DNA from: Laetmonice hystrix
Taxonomy: Eukaryota
Assembly: GCA_965235115.1 (NCBI GenBank)
Contig: OZ249440.1
Coordinates: 9,300,001-9,364,000 of the forward strand
Reading direction: 5' to 3'
DNA: 64,000 nucleotides
Part shown: piece after piece, positions 36,901-48,900 of the stretch
Position numbering within the stretch: the first letter of the stretch is position 1
Layout: each line of letters opens with the position of its first letter
The notes under the pieces: generated by a model
Databases searched by the model: none
What the model was told of the DNA's origin: nothing
The model's input: the letters and a program-made list of their open reading frames with translations, nothing else
Position numbers and translations under genes: made by a program

Positions 36901-39900
36901 TCCCCGGGCCATGTTGAGGCGGTGATAGCTTAGGGTTGTGGGTTCCCCGGGCCATGTTGAGGCGGTGATAGCTTAGGGTTGTGGGTTCCCCGGGCCATGT
37001 TGAGGCGGTGATAGCTTAGGGTTGTGGCGGTGTTCAACCATTGGTTCCCCGGGCCATGTTGAGGCGGTGATAGCTTAGGGTTGTGGGTTCCCCGGGCCAT
37101 GTTGAGGCGGTGATAGCTGAGGGTTGTGGCGGTGTTCAACCATTGGTTCCCCGGGCCATGTTGAGGCGGTGATAGCTTAGGGTTGTGGGTTCCCCGGGCC
37201 ATGTTGAGGCGGTGATAGCTTAGGGTTGTGGCGGTGTTCAACCATTGGTTCCCCGGGCCATGTTGAGGCGGTGATAGCTTAGGGTTGTGGGTTCCCCGGG
37301 CCATGTTGAGGCGGTGATAGCTTAGGGTTGTGGGTTCCCCGGGCCATGTTGAGGCGGTGATAGCTTAGGGTTGTGGCGGTGTTCAACCATTGGTTCCCCG
37401 GGCCATGTTGAGGCGGTGATAGCTTAGGGTTGTGGCGGTGTTCAACCATTGGTTCCCCGGGCCATGTTGAGGCGGTGATAGCTTAGGGTTGTGGGTTCCC
37501 CGGGCCATGTTGAGGCGGTGATAGCTTAGGGTTGTGGCGGTGTTCAACCATTGGTTCCCGGGCCATGTTGAGGCGGTGATAGCTTAGGGTTGTGGCGGTG
37601 TTCAACCATTGGTTCCCTGGGCCATGTTGAGGCGGTGATAGCTTAGGGTTGTGGCGGTGTTCAACCATTGGTTCCCCGGGCCATGTTGAGGGGGTGATAG
37701 CTTAGGGTTGTGGCGGTGTTCAACCATTGGTTCCCCGGGCCATGTTGAGGCGGTGATAGCTGAGGGTTGTGGCGGTGTTCAACCATTGGTTCCCCGGGCC
37801 ATGTTGAGGCGGTGATAGCTTAGGGTTGTGGCGGTGTTTGAGGCCAAGGCAGCATCTTGGCTTCCGTTGTCTATATGCAAACTGCGCGAACGTTAATGAC
37901 GGCGGCGGAAAAAAAACACACGGCGGGAGCAAATTGTCTGTCACATCAGCGGGGAAATCATGCGGGAACAGCGAGGCATTTACATAGATCTGACAAACAA
38001 GAATGGTTGCAATCAGTCGTGCCTTGCCGTTACCAGCGCCCGCTTCCAACAGGGACGGGGCCAGCTTCCTCTCAAAAACTATGCGTATTCAAACTGTGAA
38101 ACTGAAACACATCAAAATGGTAATTGGTGGATATGGTAATGTTCCAAGTCGTTAGTCTTCAACTCCCTTGCCGGAGAAGCTGAAGCTGATAGAGGAATTA
38201 AGGCGGGTGTTTTATGGCAGGCGGTTCTAGGCCAGGAAGAATGATTCCTTGAACTTGGTCTTCAATCTTCCACTCGATTCAAAGATGGGATGATCGAACG
38301 TCGTGTGAGACACTGTAATACAACAGCCTAAAGACATTATGGACGCGGAAGAACGGGAAACCTTCATTGACGATCTAGTAAAGACAATTGGCAGATTCCG
38401 CAATTGAAAATTATTCTTAACATTCAGGATAAAAGACCGCGCTGCTACTAAGTAGAAGTAGAATAGCGTTTAATATGTTCCTGAAGAGATTTAATTGATA
38501 GATTCCTCTGATGAAAGCAAGTAGCGCTAACATCTGTTGTGGGAACACGACTTAACACATTGAAATGTGTTGGTGCTGAAGCAGCTGTTAGCAGCTGAAT
38601 GTCATGAATTAATTGGGTATTGTTGATAAAAGCTACATTTATAATTGCCGACGTAACGATCCATCGTGATGCGAGTAAGCGACTTCCACCAGACTAGACC
38701 TTGACAATTGCACCAGAAGATCGTGAAGATTTTTTGAAGCAGAATTTCTGCTGGGCCCGGTTTTTTTGTTTACTTTTCCACCGTGAGCAAGGGTGAGCTG
38801 AGCTGAGCAAGGGTGAGCAGAAGCTCTTTCTCAGCGTTTTGCTCAACGTTTTCGTTTTTTGGGGTGTTTTTCCGCGAGCTTGCTCACCATGAGCACATCT
38901 CATGGAAAAAAACAACCCCAAAAAACACGGAAACGGTAAAAATGAGCTTATGCTCACCCTTGCTCAGCTCAGCTCACCCTTGCTCACGGTGGAAAAGTAA
39001 ACAAAAAAACCGGGCCCAGAACACATTGCATGACGTCTTTCCAACATGGCGGTGGTGTCAGCGATGTTCTTTTCTTGCCTGCAATGGAGAGCACATAGAT
39101 GTTTCCAAACGTACACCGGGACAAGGCAAAGGTCATGAATTCATTGAGCAAACCAATAGAAACCAGGCGTGACAAACGAGGACGTTACGGCATGTTAACG
39201 TGGCCCAGAATGACGGGCCTATAGGTCGGGGAATTGAACCCGCCACCCGAAACGGCCAGAGCCTGACAAGGAGCCATTTCACGTTTGAGCTTGTTTGGTT
39301 TGGAGGAAGACGGGTGGTGGTAGCGGTGGTGTTGGTGGGAGAAAACAGTTTCAAACAAGGATTTAACCGGATTTACCTTGGATAAGACAGCTACCTTATT
39401 TGGGGCTCCCTGAGGTGCGCAGATCTCTGTGAAATAGACAACCCGGCACAGAGGATGATTGGGGAGATACTGATGACGAGGGTTTTCTGGGGTTGGCCGC
39501 TAGGGGGACAGGCCGACCGCTGAAACGGTTAGCCGACACAAGGGCAGTCCGAGCAGTTTTTTTACCGACTGACCAGGACAAAGATTTCTATGTAACAACA
39601 GCCGACAACGTTTTACGATATGACCCAACAGTAGGAGACATTTGAGCGTTGCTAATCAGGAAACTCATTCCTGTCGAGGTTTGCCACTGTCCTGTTGGTT
39701 TGGGAGAATTAAAGGATAACGCAGCAGGTTTGGGGCAAATTCCCCTGACGAAAGTAGAAGTTGAATGGTTTCTGACAATGCTACGACGGTGACGAATTCC
39801 TGCGGCTTTCTGTGGGGTAAATGGCAAGTTTTGTGTGTGCCTCATTGTGGGTCGAGATGTCTGCCGGGGAAGGTTTAACAATGGTGGGGATGGTACCATT

Positions 39901-42900
39901 GTGAGGTGGTAGATCTAGGGTGGCTGTTGGCTCCATCCTGAAGTGCTGCTGCGACGAGCTGGTTGTGGTGCTGATCCGGAGATCGGGCAGACCCGTGTGG
40001 CTCATTAGGGTGAAGGCCGGGCCCAGGCTGGCTCCTTACATTCATCATGTATTGTGATGCTTGACGGTTGATGTATGCCAGACAGGAGACATTAAGGTGA
40101 CTGGTGTTGAATTGTGGGCCAACATTGGGAGGAAGGAGGGTGGGGGTTAAGATGGGCGGCAGGTCGTCCTTGGTTTGGGGTGGGAGTAGGGTAGGACATT
40201 GGCGGCTGATCCGGCCCGGGCAGTAGCTCGCTAGCAGTCGCGCCAGGCCGGCCGCTGCCAGACTTTCCACATGTCCGGAATCACTCATGGACCGAGCCCC
40301 ATAGAAAGGCAGCAGCCGGGGCGGTCATTGCGAGCACGACTCCCTTTGTCGGGCCGTGTATCGGAGGGTCGTAAATCTCGTATTGTACGCCGTCCTGCTG
40401 ATCAGACTGCGATACGTCGCCTGATGGGACAGCGCGGTGTCCTACCGAATGGGATCAATGGTGTGCATCGGCCACACATGTCCCCCGCCCGGCCACCTGC
40501 AAGGCAAACATACCTGGCCCAGAAATAGGATGCCGCAATGCGATACTCGCTCATTCTTCTGTTGGGGGACACAAGACAAGAAATGTTGGTGAATGGAAGT
40601 GGCGCTTGGTGTTGGCGCGAGTAGAACTGATTCATGTCCTAACACGGACAAGTTGTAGATATTCTACCCCTAGATTATTGTAGGGGAGGCGGGGGCGATA
40701 CGGAGGTAGAGACCGGTTGAGGGTAGAGTTGGTCACCCTTGGCGGACTGACTTACCCTTATGCTGGCTTATAACCCTGACCGGTCAGATTTACTGGTCGA
40801 TAAGGTAGGATGGTCACAAAATACGGCCATGATTACCACGGAATTCTGACCAAGGCACTGAATGATATGTACTTGGTTGTCCCTCTATGTTTNNNNNNNN
40901 NNNNNNNNNNNNNNNNNNNNNNNNNNNNNNNNNNNNNNNNNNNNNNNNNNNNNNNNNNNNNNNNNNNNNNNNNNNNNNNNNNNNNNNNNNNNNNNNNNNN
41001 NNNNNNNNNNNNNNNNNNNNNNCAGCCTCTCGCTCTCTCGCTCTCGCTCTCTCATTCTTGTTCTCTCACTCTCACTCCCTCGCTGTCACTCCAACCCAAC
41101 GATATGATACCCAGACACATAGATGGGTTTCTGTTTACAGATCCATTATCTTGATTGATAAACATTGTTCATGGTCCATGCCTGACTCCGTGGTTTTTTT
41201 CTTGTTGCAGCCTCTAAGCCCCTGAGTTTTGAGGAGGTGTACAATCAGTCCAGCCCAACCAACTGTACAGTCTACTGTGGCGGCATTCTCAATGGTCTAT
41301 CTGGTGAGTTTATATGCTGTTCTCGTCGAGTAATACCCATAGCTACTGTATCATATATGCGCTCCATAAAAACATTATTTTCTAACAATATAACATGTTG
41401 GAAAGCTGATGAGTGTGTATTATTATGGCTTGGCTGCGTGTACTGTTCATTAAACTAGCATAAATTGAAGGTTTTCTTTAATGTCTGTGTGCTGTCATAT
41501 CTATGATCAGCGTTGTCTGAGAGAGTATCAGCAATATGTGTGTGTTTACAATACACACAGACTACTCATGTTTAGAGGATACTGTTCGCACGATGAAAGC
41601 ACCATATCATGTAGAAATGGGGGTCCCACATCGATGATAAAATTGTTCGATCTATCTCACCGGTGTAAGATTGATATACTACCCTCCCCTACCCCCGCTC
41701 CCCCCTTCCACCCATCCATACTCATCCATCGTTCATTCGCGGGAGGTTGCTATTTGAGCGTATAGTGTTCGCCGATAACCTTTGACCTCTATCACCTAAC
41801 GCCGAATGACCAGGTCAAGTGCTTTTTACAACCTTGTAAAGGTCAGACCCGGCTGTGGCGACCTTGACCTTTCTGTGATTGGTGATAGACTCGGAAGGTC
41901 GGGCGGGGTGGCGCGCGCGCTAAATGAGAACTGGCCGCCAAATGAGTACTCGGACGGCGGTTGGCGGCCATGATTTCCCAGGACGCACCGCGCCGCGCTG
42001 TCTCAGTTATGAGGTAGATAAGAAGTTTGCAGGAGAGAAAAGCGCGCCAAAAGGAGAGAACGGCGTCCGTGGCTGATCAAAGGCCAAAAGTGGTGGTGGA
42101 TTGGGGAGGGGTGGGCGGCTCTGGATAGACCCGTGAACTTGGTGTGTTCGGCTGGGTTTTTTAAATAGTAAGTTAGAGGCAGGCCTGAGGGAAAGGAGCC
42201 TTGTGGTAGGTTAGCTTCGGTGAATCGATTTCCTGACTTTAATCAAACCGTAAGAACAAGAAAGATTGCGCTGACAGGGGCTTAGCGTTGGTACACGCTA
42301 CTCTATCTATTGGTTGACGTTGCTACCAGTAGTATATAAAATGGGAGTTCTGGACCAGGACTCTCATTTTATATACTACTAATACTACCTCAGGGCAGTA
42401 CCTTCCTTACCAATGAAATGCTGGACGATTAACGCGATGCTGAAGATAGTTGAGGATGTCATAGTGTGATAAGCTCATTGCCATCAGTGTATCAGATGTG
42501 CAAGTGTTGAATTTAGACCAGGGAGAGTTTCGGGGGGGGGGGGGGTGTATGAGTGGGTTTAGGCGCTGGCTGTGTTAAACCCTCGTAACCAACCCCTTAT
42601 GGGCTCGCCCTCTTCTTTCGCCACCACCTCCCAAGATACATGTCGGACTAAGCCAAGTGAGGGAGGAGTAGCAGTTGTAGTATGTAGTAGCAGTTGTAGT
42701 ATGTAGTAGTAGTATGTAGTAGTAGTATGTAGTAGCAGTAGTAGTATGTAGTAGTAGTATGTAGTAGTAGTAGCAGCAGTAGTAGTATGTAGTAGCAGTA
42801 GTAGTATGTAGTAGCAGTAGTAGTATGTAGTAGTATGTAGTAGCAGTAGTAGCAGTAGTGCCCGACTGTAGAGAGATTAGGTAGTATGAAACATGAGCGT

Positions 42901-45900
42901 TGTGGACCAGTATTTGGCACTGCCTCCCCTTAATGACGTTAGACCGGTGTGTTAGGGAACTATGTTCTATTGTTTGTATACACCGGTGTAATCACAGCGC
43001 AACCGGCAGCTCTCTCCTTCTGTCTCTCTCTCACGGGAGTGGTCCATGATTAATTAGAGCTTGCCGCTAATTAGTGCTTAGCTATATTGAATGATCCCCA
43101 TCGTTAGTCTTAGAAGTCGAGCTTAATCAGCGGCGGGTAGGCATGAGACGTTCTCCGAGTTGTAGGACGTCAGTGAAGAGAGAGGGAGGGAGAGGGATAG
43201 AGAGGGGCTCCCTCCCCTCTCTCAAGTCCCGGCGATGTCTGGCCACGTGGTGCTAACACTCATGGGGGAAATGACAATATATTGGATTAGGAGAAGATTT
43301 GTATGAGCTCCATCAAGAAAATATAATCCGAGTTAGCAACACCTGCCAGGGCTGGCGGCTCAGGCGACAATATCGAACATATGGTGGGGGCTGGGCACAA
43401 AGCCAGTGATTATGAACATGTGTCTTTTTTACAGGATTTTATTGTGGAGCGAAGGCTGTGGATGGGGTGAGGTTTCCATGGGCAGTGTGAAACCCAGGTC
43501 TGAGGGTGTCATGTGACGTGACTTTCCGTTAGACCTGACTGTGTACAGTCTGGGTATTCCATGTGGCCTAACTTTGTGCAGTCTGGTGTTCCCTGTGGCT
43601 TGACTTCGTCCAGTCTGGGTTTCCATGTGGCCTGACATTGTACAGTCTGGGTTTCCATGTGGCCTGACATTGTACAATCTGGTTTTCCATGTGGCCTGAC
43701 AGTGTACAGTCTGGGTTTCCATGTGGCCTGACAGTGTACAGTCTGGGTTTCCATGTGGCCTGACATTGTACAGTCTGGGTTTCCATGTGGCCTGACAGTG
43801 TACGGTCCGGGTTTCCATGTGGCCTGACATTGTACAATCTGGGTTTCCATGTGGCCTGACATTGTACAATCTGGGTTTCCATGTGGCCTGACATTGTACA
43901 ATCTGAGTTTCCGTATGGTCTGACATTGCACAGTCTGGGTTTCGATATGGTCTGACATTATACAGTCTGAGCCAGGCGTGCAGTGAGGTTCACTGAGAAC
44001 TGATTTTGTACAGACTAGGATCCCTGCAGCCTGGCGCCGAGTCAGGTTTCATGTGCCGGTGCCACCGCCCTGTACTATAGCACTACCAACAGAAGCTATA
44101 ATTACGGTGGGCAGACCAGGAGCCTAGGCATCCCGGCGTTTTTTAACGCTACCATTTCAAAGACGATTATGTCAAATTGTCGTTGCTTGCTGCTCAAAGG
44201 GGGACTTGCCTGTAATTTTGCATGTATTTTTCTCATTGGTCTAGGCAGTCTGGCCTCCCAGTAACCTATTACCGTGCCCCCCAGGGGAAGCGCATTTTCA
44301 CAGCACATTTCTATATATATTTGCAATGATCATGAACAAGCATGCTAAATTGGGTGAGAACGGGTTCGTAGAAGTTGTGCCTTTTGCGACTTGTGCTGCA
44401 ATTTGCTCATTCCTGCCCCGATCAGGCATAGGAAATCATTGATATTGACAAACGGGCATTGTTTACCTATTTACTATTGACATATCGACCCGGTATATGT
44501 ATCACGTGGTACATGGTTAGCCAATGGAAACGAAGTCCACTGTTAACGATCTTGGCTTGTTATTGAATGACTTCGACATCATTCAACACTTGTGAATGCA
44601 GGCGTCTCCACAGTAGCCAGGAAAAAAAGGGTCGAATCAATGGAATGAATCAAAAATATTTATGCGGCCCTAGGAAAAGAAATTCCTACGAGGTGCGCCC
44701 TTAGGATCCACGTCCGTTGTAGCGGACAATGCCATGTTTCAGCAGTCATGATGAGGCAATGGAAATGATGCCTGACATCAAAAGGGGTGCATAATACATG
44801 CATGATTGTTACTTTAAAGATTAATGAATCGGCAGAGAAGAGAATGGGCACATCGAGTTGGGATGGTAAATTTACCACGGCCGTGTTGGGCCGGTTCGGA
44901 CATCAAGCCGTGGCCCAACTCCCCAAGGTATTCATTAGATGTGACAGGTACAATTCTTCATACGTCCTTTACGGCCGGTGCGGGGCCGGCTTCCTTCTGA
45001 GTAAATATGCCAAGAATCAGTTCATGGTAATCTCCACCGCCCGTTCTTCTGGTTCATTACCCCCTGCAAAAACATCGAGAAAGTTTGAGAAGAGCACCTC
45101 GCTCCTCCGACCTCTGTCGTGTTGTGTAAATCGCTCACAAGGGGGCGTCCTTGATTGTAGCCGCGCTCCAAGTGAAAACGGAATGGTGTAACATTAGCGT
45201 CACAATTAAAAGAATGGGGTTTTCGCAGTTATAGATAATTGTAGCTGTCTATTAGCAGATGGATTTTGTGTATCCGAACAAGTTGGCAGTTATAGAAACA
45301 GAATTTGAGAGTGATTAGTCAGTGTTTCACCAACCATCAGTGGTGGTGTGTTTAGAGTAGCTTCGGACGGTACAGAATTGTTATGACATTGAGTTATGGA
45401 AACAGGTTTCAGACCAGGCAGACCAGGCACTGAAAACAATCACATTATTGGGTTATTAATTCAGTTGGCCCGCCCTAACTTGCTGACCCTGGCACGGGAG
45501 GGAGGGACAGAGCCGACCGGGGACAGCTCTGCAGGCCCGATTATCGCCCATTCCGCTCACACGTCTGGCCAACTGACTGCCTCACTTTATGGCGCGCCGG
45601 CCAAAGGCCTGCCCAGGTGACTGCCATGTTTCTAGCATTCACACAGGGAAATTTACTGCTCCCCGATTCGGCAGGGAAAAAAACAAATTTTAGTATGTGA
45701 ACTTTGGGTGTGGTGTGCATGTAAAAAAGGGCCCGTGCCGGCAGGGCCTGTCATAGAGGGGCCCCTGGTCTGCATACCGAGGTGAACGGCCCCGTGAGCT
45801 GAGAGACAGCGTCGACTTGGGCCACTGGCGAAGGATGGGTCAGCTGGGAAATTAGAACCCTCCCTGGCTTCGACCGGCTAAAGAGGCGACCACTGTATAG

Positions 45901-48900
45901 TGGTCAGCAGTCGGTCCTTGGAGCAGGGCACTCAGAAACGGTCGGGAGTAATTTCCTTCCATTACTGCATAGAGTGGGTTGCTTGTCATTTAAACATAAA
46001 AAAATGACCTTGGAATGTCCAGATTGCATGCTCATTGTTAGCCTTGTCTCGATCCTGCTTCTTGTTGCCCACGGTGGTATTTTTCATGGAGGGGGGGGGG
46101 GGGGTACTTGTAATATAATGTACTATTGTGGACTGAAAACTTTGAGAGAAAAGTTTCAAGATAACTTTGGCCCATTTCAGCAAAGTTTTGATGGTTATGG
46201 CCTTAGTCTCCAGTGGGATGAAAAGGTTTCAACTGAAAGCAGTCAGGAGGTAGTGAACATCACCAACCTTTGCTTAGGTGATGGAATTTGGAAAGCCAGA
46301 CTGAATTCTAGCAGTGAATGTTTGATGGTGTGATAAAGCGATTTGTTGTTCGACCCCTACCGTACACAGTCGGAGGTAATGTTTTCTCTCAGACCCGTCA
46401 CCCGGCGAGGTTGTTCTCCAAGATGAGACCGCTGTTGACCAAAAAAAGTCGGGCGCGGCAGTCAACAGCGCCCCCTATGTATGAGCACCTGCATGGCGAG
46501 TTCTTTTGGGGGATGCGAGCGAGCAAGCGGGCAACAACACGTCAAACGTGCAAAGATCAACATTGACTTATGCAAGGTCAAACATTGCGAGCAGACGGCT
46601 TACGTTTCCATACGTGCCATGGAACTCTGCGATTGTTGGCCGGTGATCGGCTTACATGCCACTTAGTGCGCTGCGATGCGGCAGATAAGAAAGTGAAACT
46701 GATCGAGTTTGAGTTCCATTCGGGCTCCGTTGTGTGCGCCCACATTACGGCATGGTCACGTTTTGAGAGAGTGGTGGTGTTTCATTACAAGGAGGCGAGT
46801 TTATTGCGATCGATTTGGCCGTTCAGGTAAGAGACAGAAACATCCACATCACGACTCCAGGCCAGTCCATGCATATCGAGATCCTTGAAATGAATCACTG
46901 GGTAGCAGCAGAGATCCTGGTTCCAGTATCGTTGACGTGCACAGATGTGTGTCTCCTGAGACCTTAACGGCTACGTCACGTGACGTACAGCCCCGCCAAT
47001 CACAGCCTCCCTGTCGCATCACGTGACGTACAGCCAGCCCATCACAGCCTCCCTGTCGCAGCACGTGACGTACAGCCAGCCAATCACAGCCTCCCTGTCA
47101 CATCACGTGACGTACAGCCAGCCAATCACAGCCTCCCTGTCGCATCACCTGACGTACAACCAGCCATTCTGGCCGGGTCGCGTCACCCGTCTGATATATA
47201 GAGTTCGAACCAGACACTCACATGTGGACATACCTCTCTGGTCAACAAGCGGTGGCGAGATCCCCCATCTCATACACAATAGTGATTTCAGTGATTTTCA
47301 TGACTCATGACATGTTACTTGTTTCATTTAAATAAAGTGTGAACAGGAGATGCATTGAGTATTCGCCATTGTATTATAACATAAATACCCTTTTGAAAGA
47401 AAAATAAATACATGTTGTCTTCTGAGGCCATTACATTTTGCGGGCCAGTCGGATGCTGCCCCCCTGTATACATTATGCTGAGAGGGAGGGAAGATAGCAA
47501 CCTTGGAGTCAGGTGGATTTGAAGCCAGTAATTCTGACCGGTTCATGATCAGTGTACATATGTACACCACCCAACCGGCACCCATCAGATTGAAAACGCC
47601 ATAACAGATAGATCATTTTCTGCCGATCAGTCAGAAATTCAGGCTCGAATTTGATGAAAGCCTCATCTGGTTGCCGTGCCGTTTCGGGGGTACATCTGCC
47701 ACCCCCGCCGCCGGGGCAGTACCTCGTACCGTATGTTAACTGCGTTCCATCGACCCAGTTTGTTTCAATTTGGCGCCCACAGCCGTCCCAGACAATATTG
47801 GGTAATTTGACGGCCTTTGGGTTGGTTTAGTCCCTGCGAACGTGTAGGGGCGCCATTCCGGGAACAGTCCGCCCCCTGGATCACGTGACCTTTGTGCCGA
47901 CTGCCCGGAGACTGGTCAGTTCCCTGATGACAGTGGGTGGGGCCCTGGTCACGTCCTGGTCATCATGACCACCCACAGAGACCCTCCGGCCCCTGGAGAG
48001 GGTCAAAAAGGTCAAGGGCAGGGCGCCGCCTGTTTGTGAGGGAGAGGGATTTTAAACAGGTTGATAATATTATTTATAATAGGGACACGAAAAAATGAAA
48101 GAAAAATGTTTTGCGGCTAATGCCGTTTTAATCGCATTTCTGTGGAAGAGTAATTTGACACGACCACCCACCCCCACCCCTCCGGTCCCAGGTGGACCAT
48201 ATCAAACTTAAGTAGACATCTCATTTTCACATGGTCGGAGGGCGGTTGGGTTGTTTTTACCGGGCTGTCACCGGCATGCCGCCACACGCCGCCTTGTTTG
48301 GTTGGTTGTCAACCCTTACATTGGAAACCCATTTCCGGCGTGTTTCCTAAACCTCACGACCAGCAGAGGCACACAGATAGAAACCTCTTCCTAAGTGTAT
48401 TGACACGTCACCGGCCAAGGCAGCCTCTCTGAAACAATCTGTTCACTTAAACAGTCCTGGCTGAGTCCGATTGATATTCATGGCAGGGAGTGTGGCGGTT
48501 TGGTGGAGAGATACATGCAATCTATTCACACGGTGGTCGAGGGGGCGGTTAGGAGGGGTTGGGAGGGGTTAGGAGCGGTTAGGAGGGGTTGGGAGGGGGT
48601 GGGAGGGGGTGAGCGCCCACCCATTGAAACAATCGGCCGGTCATCAACATTGACTACCGCCACCCGTCCACCAGCACGATCCCAAGCCCAGAGTCGTCCT
48701 CTGGAGAGAGCACCCACATGACCTTTCCGTACCCACCAACCTAACCCCGTAAGGTCAAATATTTACATAGCCATTCCAGCCAGCCAGTTATGACTCTCCC
48801 TGACGAGCTTATAGATCCGATGTGTGATATGTCCTCAGTTAGGTCTTGGGCAATGGGTCTTGGGCAATAGATCTTGGGTCTTCAGAAGGAAAATGATAGA

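Noticed and set aside
36889-37838. TTAGGG in every unit suggesting interstitial telomere
   Set aside because: Only a single hexamer per 43/59-bp unit; there is no (TTAGGG)n run.
39200-39300. Minus-strand B-box-like GGTTCAATTCCC (39229-39240) suggesting a tRNA or SINE
   Set aside because: No convincing A-box or cloverleaf; at most a decayed SINE fragment.
44500-45200. Coding-looking stretch (ORF 44787-45191), possible transposase or RT relic
   Set aside because: No recognisable catalytic motif in the three plus-strand frames I translated or in the supplied minus-strand ORF.
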